The translations under genes were made by a program, and so were the position numbers. Source: Felis catus (taxonomy: Eukaryota). From it: a stretch of 64,000 bases of DNA. The stretch is taken from the NCBI RefSeq assembly GCF_018350175.1, contig NC_058368.1, positions 50,965,815-51,029,814 of the forward strand. The letters run 5' to 3'. The notes under the pieces are model-generated. The model had not been told where the DNA came from. It saw only the letters and a list, made by a program, of their open reading frames with translations, and did not search any database. Positions 13,070 through 25,359 of the stretch are shown in pieces (positions within the stretch are counted from its first letter, which is position 1; every line of letters begins with the position of its first letter).

Positions 13070-13519
13070 CAGGGGCCTGACTCTTAAAGCCCATTTACTG
13101 GCCTCTTCTGGCCTCTCCTTCTACCTTTCCTACACCATCCCCGGGGAGGGAAGGGTGCTATCCACCGGCTGCCCACCTTCATTGCCTTCTCCCCACCCTG
13201 CAAGGCCCCCCCCCCACACTACCTAGCTTCCTTTTCCTCCTTCCTTCAAAACACCTTTCCTTCAGTCATGTAGGAAAAGAAACAGATTCATCTATTGAGA
13301 CTTTCCCTTCAACACAGGCTATTACTTACCTCAAATGAAGTTTTTATCTGTCAGTCTTCAGATGTCAAGATACGAATCTCAGAGAGCATCACGGAAATAT
13401 TTTTGACTGGGGTAGGGGTGAGAGGTCTCTTTCTGGTAGACCACAAATCACATCCTCTGAACACTTGTCTTTGTCTACATGCAAAGCTGGCAAAACCATA
13501 GTAGGCCACACCGCCTGTG

Positions 13520-13700
13520 TGATCTCTGACAAGTCCTGTCATCTCTCTGTACCTCAGTTTCCTACACACAAAAGAAGATAAAAACAGAGCTATGTCGTGG
13601 GGGTGTGGGAGGCTTCACTGACCTGCATACAGATAATACTGCTCAGAAAGTTCTTGGCACAAAATGAGCGCTATGTAAATGTTTATTATCATTACCACTC
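13520..13700 (+). mobile_element. MIR SINE
   Basis: CTCTCTGTACCTCAGTTTCCT core and TTGGCACAAAATGAGCGCTATGTAAATGTTT 3' end. Confidence 0.7.
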
Positions 13701-14095
13701 TTATTAAATGCCCTGTGCACTGTCCTGGTGTGGAGTAAGGAGGCTTTCTTCCCTCCTCCGTTCCCAAACTCCTCTCGTCTAAAAAATACTTCCTGCCACT
13801 GGTTTGCAAGAAAGCTTGTTTTCTGCCTCTTGGAGTGGAGAATTGGGTTGACTTAATATTCCTTGCTATTCATACGGTGTGTTTCTTCCTTTAAAGCCCT
13901 CTTTGCTACCAACACTACTTTGCATGAGACTACACAAAGAAAGATTCTTGAAAAGGAAGGTTTTGAAAGAAATGTTTTGGGCCTCGTTTTCAGGAATGGC
14001 CAAGCTGGTTGAAGTCTGCTTATTGTGAGAAATGTGACACAACCTACCACAAAACAAGAATTTCCACAGTACAAGGAAATGTACTTGGTTCAAAT

Positions 14096-14132
<37 letters not shown>

Positions 14133-16194
14133 TATTTTAGATTTATCAGCACTTGAGAGTAAATTTGCATTATTCTGAATGCTTTGCATGCTGCTCCTTA
14201 GGCTTCTTTTAAAAGAAATTTAAGAGAAGGAAAAGAAAAAAGAACAGTGCAATAAAAAAAGGGGGGGGGGCCCTCCTTTGCTTATATAACTCCCGCTATG
14301 GAGGCTTAGCGAAAATCAACTGCTAAGCAATGTTATCCCATCTCATTGCACAATCCACTGATAATCTTCACCTCACTTGATGGAAACTTCTATGCTTCCT
14401 CCTACTTTTTCATGGGACTGTTCATCTTCCTCATTCAGAATCTATTTCTCAAACCATGAATTTTAAATTATTCTCATTTAACTCTTGCCTCACTCTGTAC
14501 TCCGAGAAAAGCTCTGAGACTTATAGACAAGAAACACATCCCGTTCTCTATTCCCTTCCCGAATATACGCTTCCATTAAGTCACTGCAGTAACTCCCACA
14601 CTATAATACACGTAGCAACTTCGTGTGAAAGGATTTGCTCAGGAAATTATGAAAGAAGCCAGATAAAAGGTTAAATATCTGCATGGTTGGGGATGAAGAG
14701 GTTTTCCTAAACAAGGTATCCTACGACACTCTGCTTCCTGTGAGCTTGAGGACAAGAACTCCTGCTCTCCGAGCAGAGGGATCAGTACCTGGCCAACAGT
14801 GACTCCCTTCAACTTGCACCAGTATGATTAAAAGATCAGCTTTTGTGCCTCCACACCTTTCTGCTCCCTTGTCTGGCCTGTACTTGACATAAAGACACTA
14901 GACTAAGTACTGTTGGAGCCCTGTGATTCTGCCCCACAAGTAAGACATGCTTAGCTGATGGCCCCATCTCAAATGATAAGTCAGTACGGTCTGATCGGAG
15001 CCACCACCTCCTCCTTGGCAATGGCTCTCCCACATACCCTTGGTTGTTCCTTCTGCCTGCTTCAGTAGACTGCCCTCCTTCAGCCAACAAAGCACCAATT
15101 GCTTTGACATCTTGTTATCACACATCCTGTTCACAAGCACAGAGAAGAGGAACTGGGTCCAAATAAGCAGAGTGCTGTTGCATTCTCTTCATTAGATTGA
15201 GTGATTCAGTTACCTAATTAGGTGTCCTTAAGTCCATGGTGGCCAGATCTACACAGTTGAGCAGGATTTGTGTTGCTGGTTGAATCCAGAGAAAACATAT
15301 GCTAATTTTGAGTGTTGCATTTATTTTATCCCTGTAGTTCTCCTTGGTTCCAAGAGTTCTCTTTGAAGTCAGCACACTGGTGTTGATCATTAGTGCACTG
15401 TTTTAATAACATCGGAGTCATTAACCTGCCTATTTGTCAATTAATGTCACTCAGTTCCATGGCACAGACTGCACTAGTTCTAGTCAATTGTCTCAGAAAT
15501 AACAATAGGTTACCAAAAAGACCAACTTAAGAAAAAGTGGCTAGATCAGCATAAATCCACCATCCCAAGAGCTAAAACAGTTCAAAGACACCGTCCTCCA
15601 AAAAAAGGGGGGAGGGTCATTTTTCTTGTGTAAGCAGTTGCATTGCATATAGAAGTGTTCCTTCAGAGTGCCGCTCACTCAGTATTTATAGGAAGCCATA
15701 GACCAGCACCTGTACTAACACCTAGTATGTGTAATTAAATACTACAGTGTCAAAAGTGCAGAGTCTAATGGTCACACAAGTACTGACATCACTATAACCA
15801 AAGCAGCTGTGGATTTTGTCTATGGTCTTGAAGCATAAAATGCAATGAAACTGGCTGTGCCCCCAGAATAATTGTGACAAAGGTAGCATACCATCAGAAT
15901 CTATTATATTAATAAACTAGGTATAAAGGCTCTTCACCAATATAGATCATATTTGACATGAAAATATAGAGCCTGAAGTTGATAGTCCTCATATCAAAAT
16001 GGCCATAAGGGTGGATATGCTGGCCCAAGTGCATGGCCCATCCTGTCCCAGAGGCAGATATATCCATATCGTGAAGATGAATTAATCAAGGTCCCTTTGC
16101 CCAACGCCATGGATTACTCAAATCCTGCAACCAAATTCCCTGGTTCTAAGAATCTTTGTACCTTGCCTATAGTTGTGAGATTCACTTGCTGCTG

Positions 16195-16385
16195 ATACCA
16201 GCACTCATTTATTAACTGAATTCAATAAATAGGCCTTAACTATCTAGTTCAAATTGGGAACCCAGTATCCTCCTGAAGCTTAAATTTTAGACAGCCATTG
16301 GTCAAAGAATTATATACACACATATGAAATCCCACTTGTGATAAATGCTATGAATGAAAGGTATATAGTCCTAAAAGAGCAGAAA
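16195..16385 (-). mobile_element. L2 3' fragment
   Basis: CATTTATT...TTCAATAAATA start and TGTGATAAATGCTATGAATGAAA, as in antisense L2. Confidence 0.5.
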
Positions 16386-16534
16386 ATAATCTGAAAATAA
16401 CAGTATCGTTATTACAGTCATCAGGTAGAAATCAATCTAACACATAAGTTTCAGAATCCTTGTGGGGATTAAATTTGATATATACAAAAACATATTTTTA
16501 ACCTCCACATACTTAGATAAAACTAAGGATCATT

Positions 16535-16720
16535 TTACTATCAGCTAAGCTAGGTCGCAGAATAAGTAATAAATGAAATCTTGATAACTAAATACATCAA
16601 AGATTCTCACTAAAGGCAAAAGCACCAGCAGGTGTGGCAGCCCTCCAGTGCAGCTCCCTCCAAGCAGTGATTCATCTTAGAATCCAGAGCATCTCAAGGT
16701 GTGGCTCCTAGATCACTATG
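16535..16720 (-). mobile_element. Old MLT1 (MaLR) LTR fragment
   Basis: CAGCTAAGCTAGG...AAATCTTGATAACTAAATACATCAAAGATT resembles antisense MLT1J-like end. Confidence 0.45.
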
Positions 16721-18444
16721 GCAACAAAGTCCCATAAGGGTGAGGGACTTCAGAGTCTTGCGTTGGCTCTCCTATGCTCCACCATAAGGGCGCTAACAAA
16801 TGTGGGGCGACGTGGATGTTCAGTAAATACTTCTGCCATGAGAGGGAGAAGCATGGCTCTTGAATGTGCGATCTAACTTTTTTGAGACCATTTCCCACTG
16901 ATCAAGTGGAAAGGGTCGTTCGAGCTATCTCAAAAAGTTAAGAGGATTCATGTGAAGCCCTTATTTGCTGCAAGGAGCCATAGAAAAGGCTGTGACTCCT
17001 ATTTTTACTACAACCACCAATGATACCAACACCAAAGAGAAGAATAAAAATTGAATTGAAGCGTGACAGCCTGGACTAGTTTCTGCCAATGGAACAGGCC
17101 AGCCGTTCTGGCTGGGCACCTAGGAATGCGCAGCACCCTGGCAACCATGTCCCTTGGGGACACAGTAGGGTAGCTAGAAACAGCACCCGAAGCAAACAGG
17201 TACAGACCCTGGCCCTTCCCTAACCTCTTGGAAAGCACAATTTCACTTCTAGGTCCCTGCACATTTACTTAGTGAGCTAGTCTAAAATTGCCTAACTGGG
17301 CCAACAGACCCAGTTCCAAAAAAAGCTAAATATACCTAGTTACCTAAGTATTTTCTGATTCTAAATAATATTATCCTGGGTCAGAGATGAGCTATATTAC
17401 TTGTTTAACTGCCATTATTGGTCCCTGTTTGACCATCATGGAACCAATGGCCCTGATCTCAATTACAGACCCTTCTTTACCCAACCGAAAACCAAGAAAC
17501 CCATAAAGAAGCAATTCCTGGTTCTCGTTATGGCTCCCAATCGTCTTTGGTAAGATCGAAACTCAGGTGGTGTTTATCTATTTGAGAAATACTGTATTTA
17601 CTTGTACTCTCCTAAGGATTGATCCTCAGCACCAATATGTCTGCTTAATATGCTTCGCGTATTGCTTTGGTGATGCATACAACCATTAGGTGCACAGCAT
17701 GACAAATGTATATTTGGGTTTGTGGAAATGATGTCAGGCTTTTTATCGTGAATTTTAGTTGTCTGTCTGCATGTGCAGCTACTCACGGCCAGAGCAAAGA
17801 ATCAGAAGAAGCAGTGTGCGAGAATGTGAAAGGCAATACTGAAATAAGGAAAAGAACGCTCCTAGAAAAAACAAGTAGGAGTGCAAGAGAATGAAATGAA
17901 AGTCATTGATTAGAAGAAAAAGTCTCAGAGATTCCAAAGATCAAAGGTTTAAAAAACCCAAAGGCTTGGAAGATTAATCTAAGCACTACCAAACTGCGAA
18001 AAACAATCTACAAGACCAATTGAAAACCAAACGGCTGTCCCAGAAAATAGAGTAAAATTGAGAATGCTGAGAAGCTAGAAATGATATGGTAAACAACAGT
18101 GGATTTATTTATTTTAAAAAGGTTTATAGCCACAATGTATATCATTGTTAAAAAGCACTACGATGACCCAAAGCAAATTAAAAAATAAAAACAAAAAAAC
18201 AGAAACACTATATGCCCGTTGTCTATCAAGAGAAGTTTTAAAACCTTGTAGGCTTTCCTACAAAAAAAAAAGCTTGAGAAATCACACAAATAAAAGAGAT
18301 TCACTATGTGGCCTTTTTACTGTTATTGGTAGAGATTCATTCTTAACTAAGCCATAGGTTATCTGGCTGTTTTTAGCTTATTTTATGAAAACTGTCTATT
18401 AATATTATGTCATATTATGAAAATAAATAGGCTGAGGTGTTTCA

Positions 18445-18810
18445 AAATGTGCTTGTGCATGAGTGTTTTTGTATATATGTATGGGGGGAGGTGTGAGCAG
18501 TGTATGTGACTGCTTGTATGTGCACAGTGTGTTTATGCACATCTGTGTAACTGGAGAGTGTGCAGGTATGCGGTTGTGCATGAGCGTGTGCGTGTGCTGT
18601 GGTGTGTGTGTGAATATGCGAGTATATGTGACTGCATGCGTGAGTGCCTGTGGGGTGTGTGATTGTGAATATGTGCAAGTCGATGCAAGTATGTACGAGC
18701 GTATGTGTGAGTATGTCTGTAAGTGGGTATGTCATGATGTGTGAAAGAGTGTACGAGTGTAAATGTGAGCGTGGGTGTGAATATATGTGTGCACACGGGC
18801 ACATGGAAGC
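18445..18810. repeat. Degenerate (TG)n / purine-pyrimidine alternating tract
   Basis: About 370 bp of TGTG/TATG/TGCA words; source of the Cys-Val and His-Thr ORFs. Confidence 0.9.
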
Positions 18811-19265
18811 ATATGTAGGAGGCTGTTGCTAACGGCAGAACACTTCTAATAAGCAGAAGGAGTGAGGCCTTTCCATGGCCTAGAAGGAGACCAAGTGTAC
18901 AGATATCTAACGGGTAAATAGCATAGCAACTTGTTTCTTATGAGATCACTCAGACCAGAACCACATTCACCAAGAAAGTCATTTCCTAAATAGTCCCCTA
19001 GAGGCTGAGGCCTTCCTTCCATCTGTCCACTCACTGCTCTTTTAATCCTTTATTGCCAAGAAGGCAAAAAAGATCTCCAGGAGTAGCCCTTATGAGCTCC
19101 CAGCAGGTCTTTCTCATTTCCAGGCAGCTGGCCACCTCTCCCTGTTCACTCAGGCCCAAGACTTCTTCCAAGCCCTGATTAAAAACACTTTCATCCAAGA
19201 AACCTTCCCTACCCAACCTCCTCCCACACTGATCTCTCCCTCAGCTCTTAAGAATAACGTTCACT

Positions 19266-19482
19266 GGGGCGCCTGGGTGGTGCAGTCGGTTGAGCATCCG
19301 ACTTCAGCCAGGTCACGATCTCGCGGTCCGTGGGTTCGAGCCCCGCATCAGGCTCTGGGCTGATGGCTCGGAGCCTGGAGCCTGTTTCCATTCTGTGTCT
19401 CCCTCTCTCTGCTCCTCCCCCGTTCATGCTCTGTCTCTCTCTGTCCCAAAAATAAATAAAAAAACGTTGAAAAAAAAATTTA
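19266..19482 (+). mobile_element. Young felid CAN-SINE
   Basis: Perfect TSD AAGAATAACGTTCAC at 19250-19264 and 19483-19497. Confidence 0.96.
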
Positions 19483-19594
19483 AAGAATAACGTTCACATC
19501 TTGAATGACATATCGAACTGAATTAACCGTACAAAGAGATGAAATCACATGGCTACCTACACCGGCTGATTTTAATAATTGTAACAGTTAAGTT

Positions 19595-19748
19595 TCATTA
19601 AGAACTTACTATGTGCCAGGCACTCTACTAAATAAACCTTTTATATACATCTCAATTAATTGTCACAACATTCCTTTGACATAGCTACTGTATGGCTTTC
19701 ATTTTAAAGATAGGAAATCCAGACAGTTTAAGTAAGTTGTCTGAGGTC
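19595..19748 (-). mobile_element. MIR, left half (resumes near 21045-21090)
   Basis: ACTTACTATGTGCCAGGCACT...CATTTTAAAGATAGGAAA...TTAAGTAAGTTGTCTGAGGTC. Confidence 0.75.
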
Positions 19749-19750
19749 TG

Positions 19751-19762
19751 TCTCTCTCTCTC

Positions 19763-19822
<60 letters not shown>
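19751..19822. repeat. (TC)7(GT)n compound microsatellite
   Basis: Seen directly; one interruption. Confidence 0.97.
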
Positions 19823-19824
<2 letters not shown>

Positions 19825-21044
19825 CTCTGTGGTTCATATTGAGTAAATTCTATTGCTCTGTCCTCAAATTCACTGATTTTAGCCTGTCTTCTCTACTCTA
19901 CTATTGAGCCCATTCAATGAGTTTTTCCTTTGATTATTATATTTTTCAGTTCTATAATCTCCATTTGGTTCTTTTTTTATAACTTCTATTTTTTTTTTTT
20001 TTGCTCAGATTTTCTGACTTTCCATTTGTTTCAAGCGAATTCATAATTCCTTGTGAAACATTTTTATGAGGCTGCTTTAAGTTGTGAGATCATTTCAAAA
20101 TCTGATTCATCTCAGTGTTGGCATCTGTTGATTATCTTTTCCCATTCATGTTTTGATTTTTCCGGTTCTTGGTATGGCAAGTGACTCTCTATAGTGTGCT
20201 GGGCATTTGGAAAGCGGGACGCTAACTCCTACACGCTGGACTCTGCTGCCCACAGGGGAACGGAGGAGGGGTCAGGGCAAGTGCCAACTAGCCCTGCCTC
20301 CCACCATCTGATTCTGTCTTGTTGCTACTAGATGGAGTGGAGGTTCAGCTCCCCACTCAGCCCAGTGACCCCGGGGAAAGCAAAATGCTCACTAGCCCCA
20401 ACACTGGTGAAGAGGAAGTCTCAAGTCAGCACTGGGTCCTACGGACACCACACTGACAGATCTGCACTGACTGGTTTCCACTGGGCAGGGTACGGAAGAT
20501 CAGCTGGCCACTTGGTCCTGCCAACACCACCCAGTGGGAGGATGAATCAAAGCACTGCCTGCTTCCGCCACGCACAGGACAGAAGGTTATCTTCCCGCTC
20601 AGCCCTGCTGATGCCTCCCTATGGGGTGACCAGGGCGTGCTGCCTGCTCCCACTCAGCAAAGGGGTGGAAGATAGAGGGGTCATTTTCCACTGGTGTTTG
20701 ACATTTGGCTAGAGTAGGCTAAGTGTTTTCAAAATGCTTCCTGGCCCTTTGCCTAAGGGGAGCAGGCTCTTTTTGGAAGTTTTCGTGGCTGTGCCTATGG
20801 GTGGTTCTGGTTTAGAAGCTTCTGAAGTGCCTGTACAAAATATAAGACGGCAAGAAAGTGTCCCAGGAACTCACCACATGTCATTCCTCAAGTCCTGTGG
20901 TCCGGGCAGCCCTTCTTCCCTTACATTTCGGAGACTTCCTATGCTTGTTTATTGTATTGTGTCTGGAGATGTTTTGTTGTAATGGTGGGAAGGAGGGTAG
21001 AAAGCTTGTAGAAATGAGGTTACTCCCTCTTGGCGGAACTAGAA
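19823..21044 (-). mobile_element. Ancient L1 (L1MC/L1M4-type) 5' UTR plus start of ORF1 region
   Basis: 19823-20200 matches antisense L1M ORF1-region words (TTTTCAGTTCTATAATCTCCATTTGGTTC); 20700-21044 resembles recalled L1MC 5' end (GGAACTCACCACATGTCATTCCTCAAGTCC). Confidence 0.72.
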
Positions 21045-22732
21045 CTACTCAAGGTATTGTAAACTCACAAATGGTGAGCCCAGAATTTGAACCATATTCC
21101 CAAGGAGAAGCTGGTATTCAACCACTGGCTAAGTTCACTTCAACTCTGACTTCCCCCAGGATCTCCCTTTGTTTCTGGAATGGATAGTCCCAACATCCCT
21201 GGAACCACATTTCTTGGCCTCAGAATTCACATTTATTAATTAAAAAAGGAAAGTGCAAGATTATATACATTTTAACACATTCTCTCAGGTTTGTCAAAAT
21301 GGAAAGAGGACTAAACCCTCTCTTTATCTCCTTGCAGGGACTTCATATTCTCAGACTTCACAGGACAGACTATCTCCTTAATATCTGACTTTCAGAGAAC
21401 AAATCGTTGAAACACATAGCAGGCCACTCAATGCTATGACTATTTTTACTTTGAGCCTGCACATTTATATGGCATATGTCCTTATTCTTAAACTATGGAT
21501 TTCATGAAGCAAGGCGAATTCTGAGCACATTCTAAATACCTAAAATAAATGAGTTAATTATTGGCTCTGTGACCAACACAAGGATTTTGCATCACTACCA
21601 ACCTGGTTTTCACAGATAACATTGTAGCTGGTGTCCCAAGCCACGCTGTGGCCATAAAGAAATGCTCCCGCTTACTTTGCACTGAATCTACAAAGCACAC
21701 ATATTTTTGCCTGCCTAGCATTGAAGCCTTTCCTCCCGTGTCAGAGTTATGAATTCTGTAGTACCGACGGCATTCCACCACACCAAGTAAACAGTTAGTT
21801 GTGGTAGATGATTAGCAAGGGAATATTGCAGGTCCCATAGAAAAACTAGAAAAATTAAAAAGTCAAAAACCGGTCTCTTGGACACTCCTGTGGGTTCTCC
21901 CTGTGGACCAATTAACCAACACATTCAGATGTTGGCATTCCTTATTTCCAGAACCGCTGGCCCAATTACTGGGCTCCAAACGGTTACATTTTATGGCTGA
22001 AATGATTTAGAGCCAATGTTTTCATTGCCCAGTACGTGTTCCTCTCTATGAAAACAAAACTTCCCAGAGAAGGACCACAACCGAGGCTGGGAAAGGGGAG
22101 GCAACGCACGCAAAGGATCAAACGCAAAAGCCAAATGCAAATTAGAGAAAGAACAGCAGTCTTTGGACTCCAGCCCTTATTCTTTTGGATTCAGTGCCAA
22201 ATGTGTATTTAAAGACACCCTGAAATATCACCAATTTAGAATTTGTTTTTTGCCTTTGTTGAGAATGCTGCTCTGCCATAGGGTTTGTTGAACAATAAGT
22301 CTAATTCAATTACCAGAGGCCAAAAAGTAGCAGTCCAATATTTTGCTTTCTTAATGACTAAGTCAGATAGACTATCAGAGACCCTAGTCATTGTTTAATG
22401 CTCAACCATTAAAAATATCTGGAGTGAAGGGTGGGAGGGAGGTAGGTTTCAAATTTTAACACAGATGTGGACGAAGCCTCAAACCTGTGTCAAGCCACCC
22501 GCTGAGGAGGAGAGTTCACCCGCTCTCACAAGTTTCGACCTATTTGGTTTAAATAAAGGAGACATCTACCTTCTTGATGTGATTGCCCCAAACCATTCTT
22601 CCATGAACAATGTCTTATAAATGAGTTTTCTGTTCAAAGTTCCATCTTGGGTAGTTAAGAAATGACAAGTGATAAAAAGGGAACCTAACTCCAAGAGTGG
22701 GACAGGTGCAACTGTTGTAAAAGCATTGTTCT

Positions 22733-22952
22733 CAGTGGTTTTCAGGGTGGGGAGAGAGGGATATTGCCCTCCGGGGATCATTGACAATGTCTGGACACAG
22801 TGGGTTGCTACAACTAGAGTGAAGGGTGCCACTGGTATCTAGTGGGTAGAGACCAGAGACCTAGTTAAAGATCCTTCAAGGCACAGGACAGCTGCCCACA
22901 ATAAAGAATTATCCAGTCCAAAATGTCAATAGTGCCAAGGTTGAGAAAAGCC
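22733..22952 (+). mobile_element. MER20 (hAT-Charlie non-autonomous DNA transposon)
   Basis: CAGTGGTT start; CTGGTATCTAGTGGGTAGAGACCAG; AAAGAATTATCCAGTCCAAAATGTCAATAGTGCCAAGGTTGAGAAA end. Confidence 0.9.
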
Positions 22953-23549
22953 ATTTTATACTTTCATACAAATTAACAATCAGATCCTTTCAAAAGTTGA
23001 GCAGAGAGCAGGTTTCTATAAGGTTTTATCTCATCTGAACAATGTGCCTAGGGTGGGAAGGAATTAAGAAAAGGGCAGGAGGTAGCTCAGAGGGCGAGCA
23101 GAAAACTATAAAGAGCAGTGACTGGAGTTGAACACAAAACCTCCCTACATTTCAGTTGGGCTTAAAAACTAATTATGTCCTGAAGCCTTATTAATAATCA
23201 GTCTTGTTACCTCGTCTCTGTTCTAAGAGATAACTCGGCCTCAATCCTGCTCCCACAGGTGTTCAAATTCTCCATTAACTTCTTTACATGAGGAAACAAA
23301 TTTCCCTTCTTTCTCACCCTCTTGGGGCTTCTTTCTGGACATTTACATCCTAGAATTCAGCTTTTGATATTCCAGACAGAAAATAGACCTTGTTTATAAC
23401 AACCTTTGAGTATTCTATTTCAAAGTCAATTTCACATTCATCACCCCAAATTCTATATATTTTGTCTATGAAACAACACTGGGAGGGACATGTCAGCCAA
23501 CTTCGAGAATTCTCATGATATAATGGGTACAGCCTGTCTCGGTTCTTTA

Positions 23550-23781
23550 TTTTTTATTTTTTTTTTAATTTTTTTTTCAACGTTTATTTACTTTTTGGGA
23601 CAGAGAGAGACAGAGCATGAACGGGGGAGGGGCAGAGAGAGAGGGAGACACAGAATCGGAAACAGGCTCCAGGCTCCGAGCCATCAGCCCAGAGCCTGAC
23701 GCGGGGCTCGAACTCACGGACCGCGAGATCGTGACCTGGCTGAAGTCGGACCCTTGACCGACTGCGCCACCCAGGCACCCC
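23550..23781 (-). mobile_element. Young felid CAN-SINE
   Basis: TSD GTCTCGGTTCTTTA at 23536-23549 and 23783-23796; intact CpGs. Confidence 0.96.
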
Positions 23782-23924
23782 AGTCTCGGTTCTTTAAAAG
23801 TATTGATACACATCTCTATCTGTCAGATCAGAATTCCCCATATCGTATTTCCTGAGAAGAGTAATCTCTCATGTGTTGCCTCCAGAGTCATGCATTCAAA
23901 TAAAATAATGATGTTATACTAAAA

Positions 23925-24155
23925 ACGAGTAACTGAGTGTGGACTCTGGTCCTGGCACTCTGCCAAATGTCGTACGTAACATTATATTATTTTCTGTCCA
24001 CAATAAGCCTATGAGGTTAAACTCATTTTTCCCATTGCTCTGATGGTGCACGGAAGATTCCCATCGTACAGGGAAGTAACTTGCCTAAATTTCATGGCTA
24101 CTAGTGAGCCTGGGATTTCAGTACAAGTCTTTGTTCAAAGCCGGTGCTCTTAATT
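23925..24155 (-). mobile_element. MIR SINE
   Basis: CCTATGAGGT...CCCATT...AAGTAACTTGCCTAA...GAGCCTGGGATTT...TGCTCTTAA. Confidence 0.65.
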
Positions 24156-24204
24156 AATATGGCCTACTAGTGGGTAAAACAGAGTTTAAGGAAGAATTCT
24201 TTAC

Positions 24205-24350
24205 TGTAGAATTTCTCAGACCCTTTAATCTGCCATGTCTAATCACAAGCGCTACATTTGTCTCCCAGACTAATTTGTCCCATGCCCCCTTTTTCACCAG
24301 GAAGCATCCTGCATGACCAATTCTGCACAGAACCTGTTTAGAACTACACC
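24205..24350. mobile_element. MER103C-like hAT fragment
   Basis: TTTCTCAGACCCTTTAAT and CCCAGACTAATTTGTCCCATG resemble the recalled consensus. Confidence 0.4.
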
Positions 24351-24591
24351 ATGTTCCCCACCTGGAAGAGGCTGATCAGAAAAAAAAATCTAAAGAGAAG
24401 CTCACACAAGTGAGTTGTTCATTAAGGGACTGGTGACCACAGAATCACCACCAAAAAGCTTTGTGAGGCAGTACAGGTGTCACAGAACTGATGAGAGAAG
24501 ATCATTTCCCGAAAGAGGAGGCTAAAGAGAGTCGGAGGGCTTTCATAGAGTCTCTTTTTTAGAATTTAAATGAAGCACCCCCCACCCCAGT

Positions 24592-25359
24592 CTTCATCAG
24601 GGTAATACAAATCAAAGCCACACTGAGATACCACCTCACGCCGGTCAGAGTGGCTAAAATGAACAAATCAAGAGACCATAGATGCTGGAGAGGATGTGGA
24701 GAAACAGGAACCCTCTTGCACTGTTGGTGGGAATGCAGACTGGTGCAGCCGCTCTGGAAAACAGTGTAGAGGTTCCTCAAAAAATTAAAAATAGATCTAC
24801 CCTATGACCCAGCAATAGCACTGCTAGGAATTTACCCAAGGGTTACAGGAGTGCTGACGCATAGGGGCACTTGTACCCCAATGTTTATAGAGGCGCTTTC
24901 AACAGTAGCCAAATTATGGAAAGAGCCTAAATGTCCATCAACTGATGAATCGATAAAGAAGATGTGGTTTGTATATACAATGGAATACTACTTGGCAATG
25001 AGAAAGAATGAAATCTGGCCATTTGCAGCAATGTGCATGGAACTGGAGGGTATTATGCTAAGTGAAATAAGTCAGGCAGAGAAAGACAGATACCATATGT
25101 TTTCACTCATATGTGGATCTTAAGAAACTGAACAGAAGACCATGAGGGAGGGGAAGGGGAAAAAAATAGTTACAAACAGAGAGGGATGGAGGAAAACGAT
25201 AAGAGACTTAAATATAGAGAACAAACTGAGGTTGATGGGGGGTGGAGGAGAGGAGAATGTAGGTGATGGGCATTGAGGGGGGCATTTGTTGGGATGAGCA
25301 CTGGGTATTGTATGTGAGCCAATCTGACAACAAATTATATTAAAAAAATAAAAAGAAAA
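24592..25359 (+). mobile_element. 5'-truncated felid/carnivore L1 (ORF2 C-terminus and 3' UTR)
   Basis: ORF 24851-25123 (CTPMFIEALSTVAKLWKEPKCPSTDE...YTMEYYLAMRKNE) is L1 ORF2 C-terminus; felid-type 3' UTR GGGATGAGCACTGGGT; A tail 25342-25359. Confidence 0.96.

Noticed and set aside
18442..18832. His/Thr-rich and Cys/Val-rich ORFs
   Set aside because: Translation of the degenerate TG repeat
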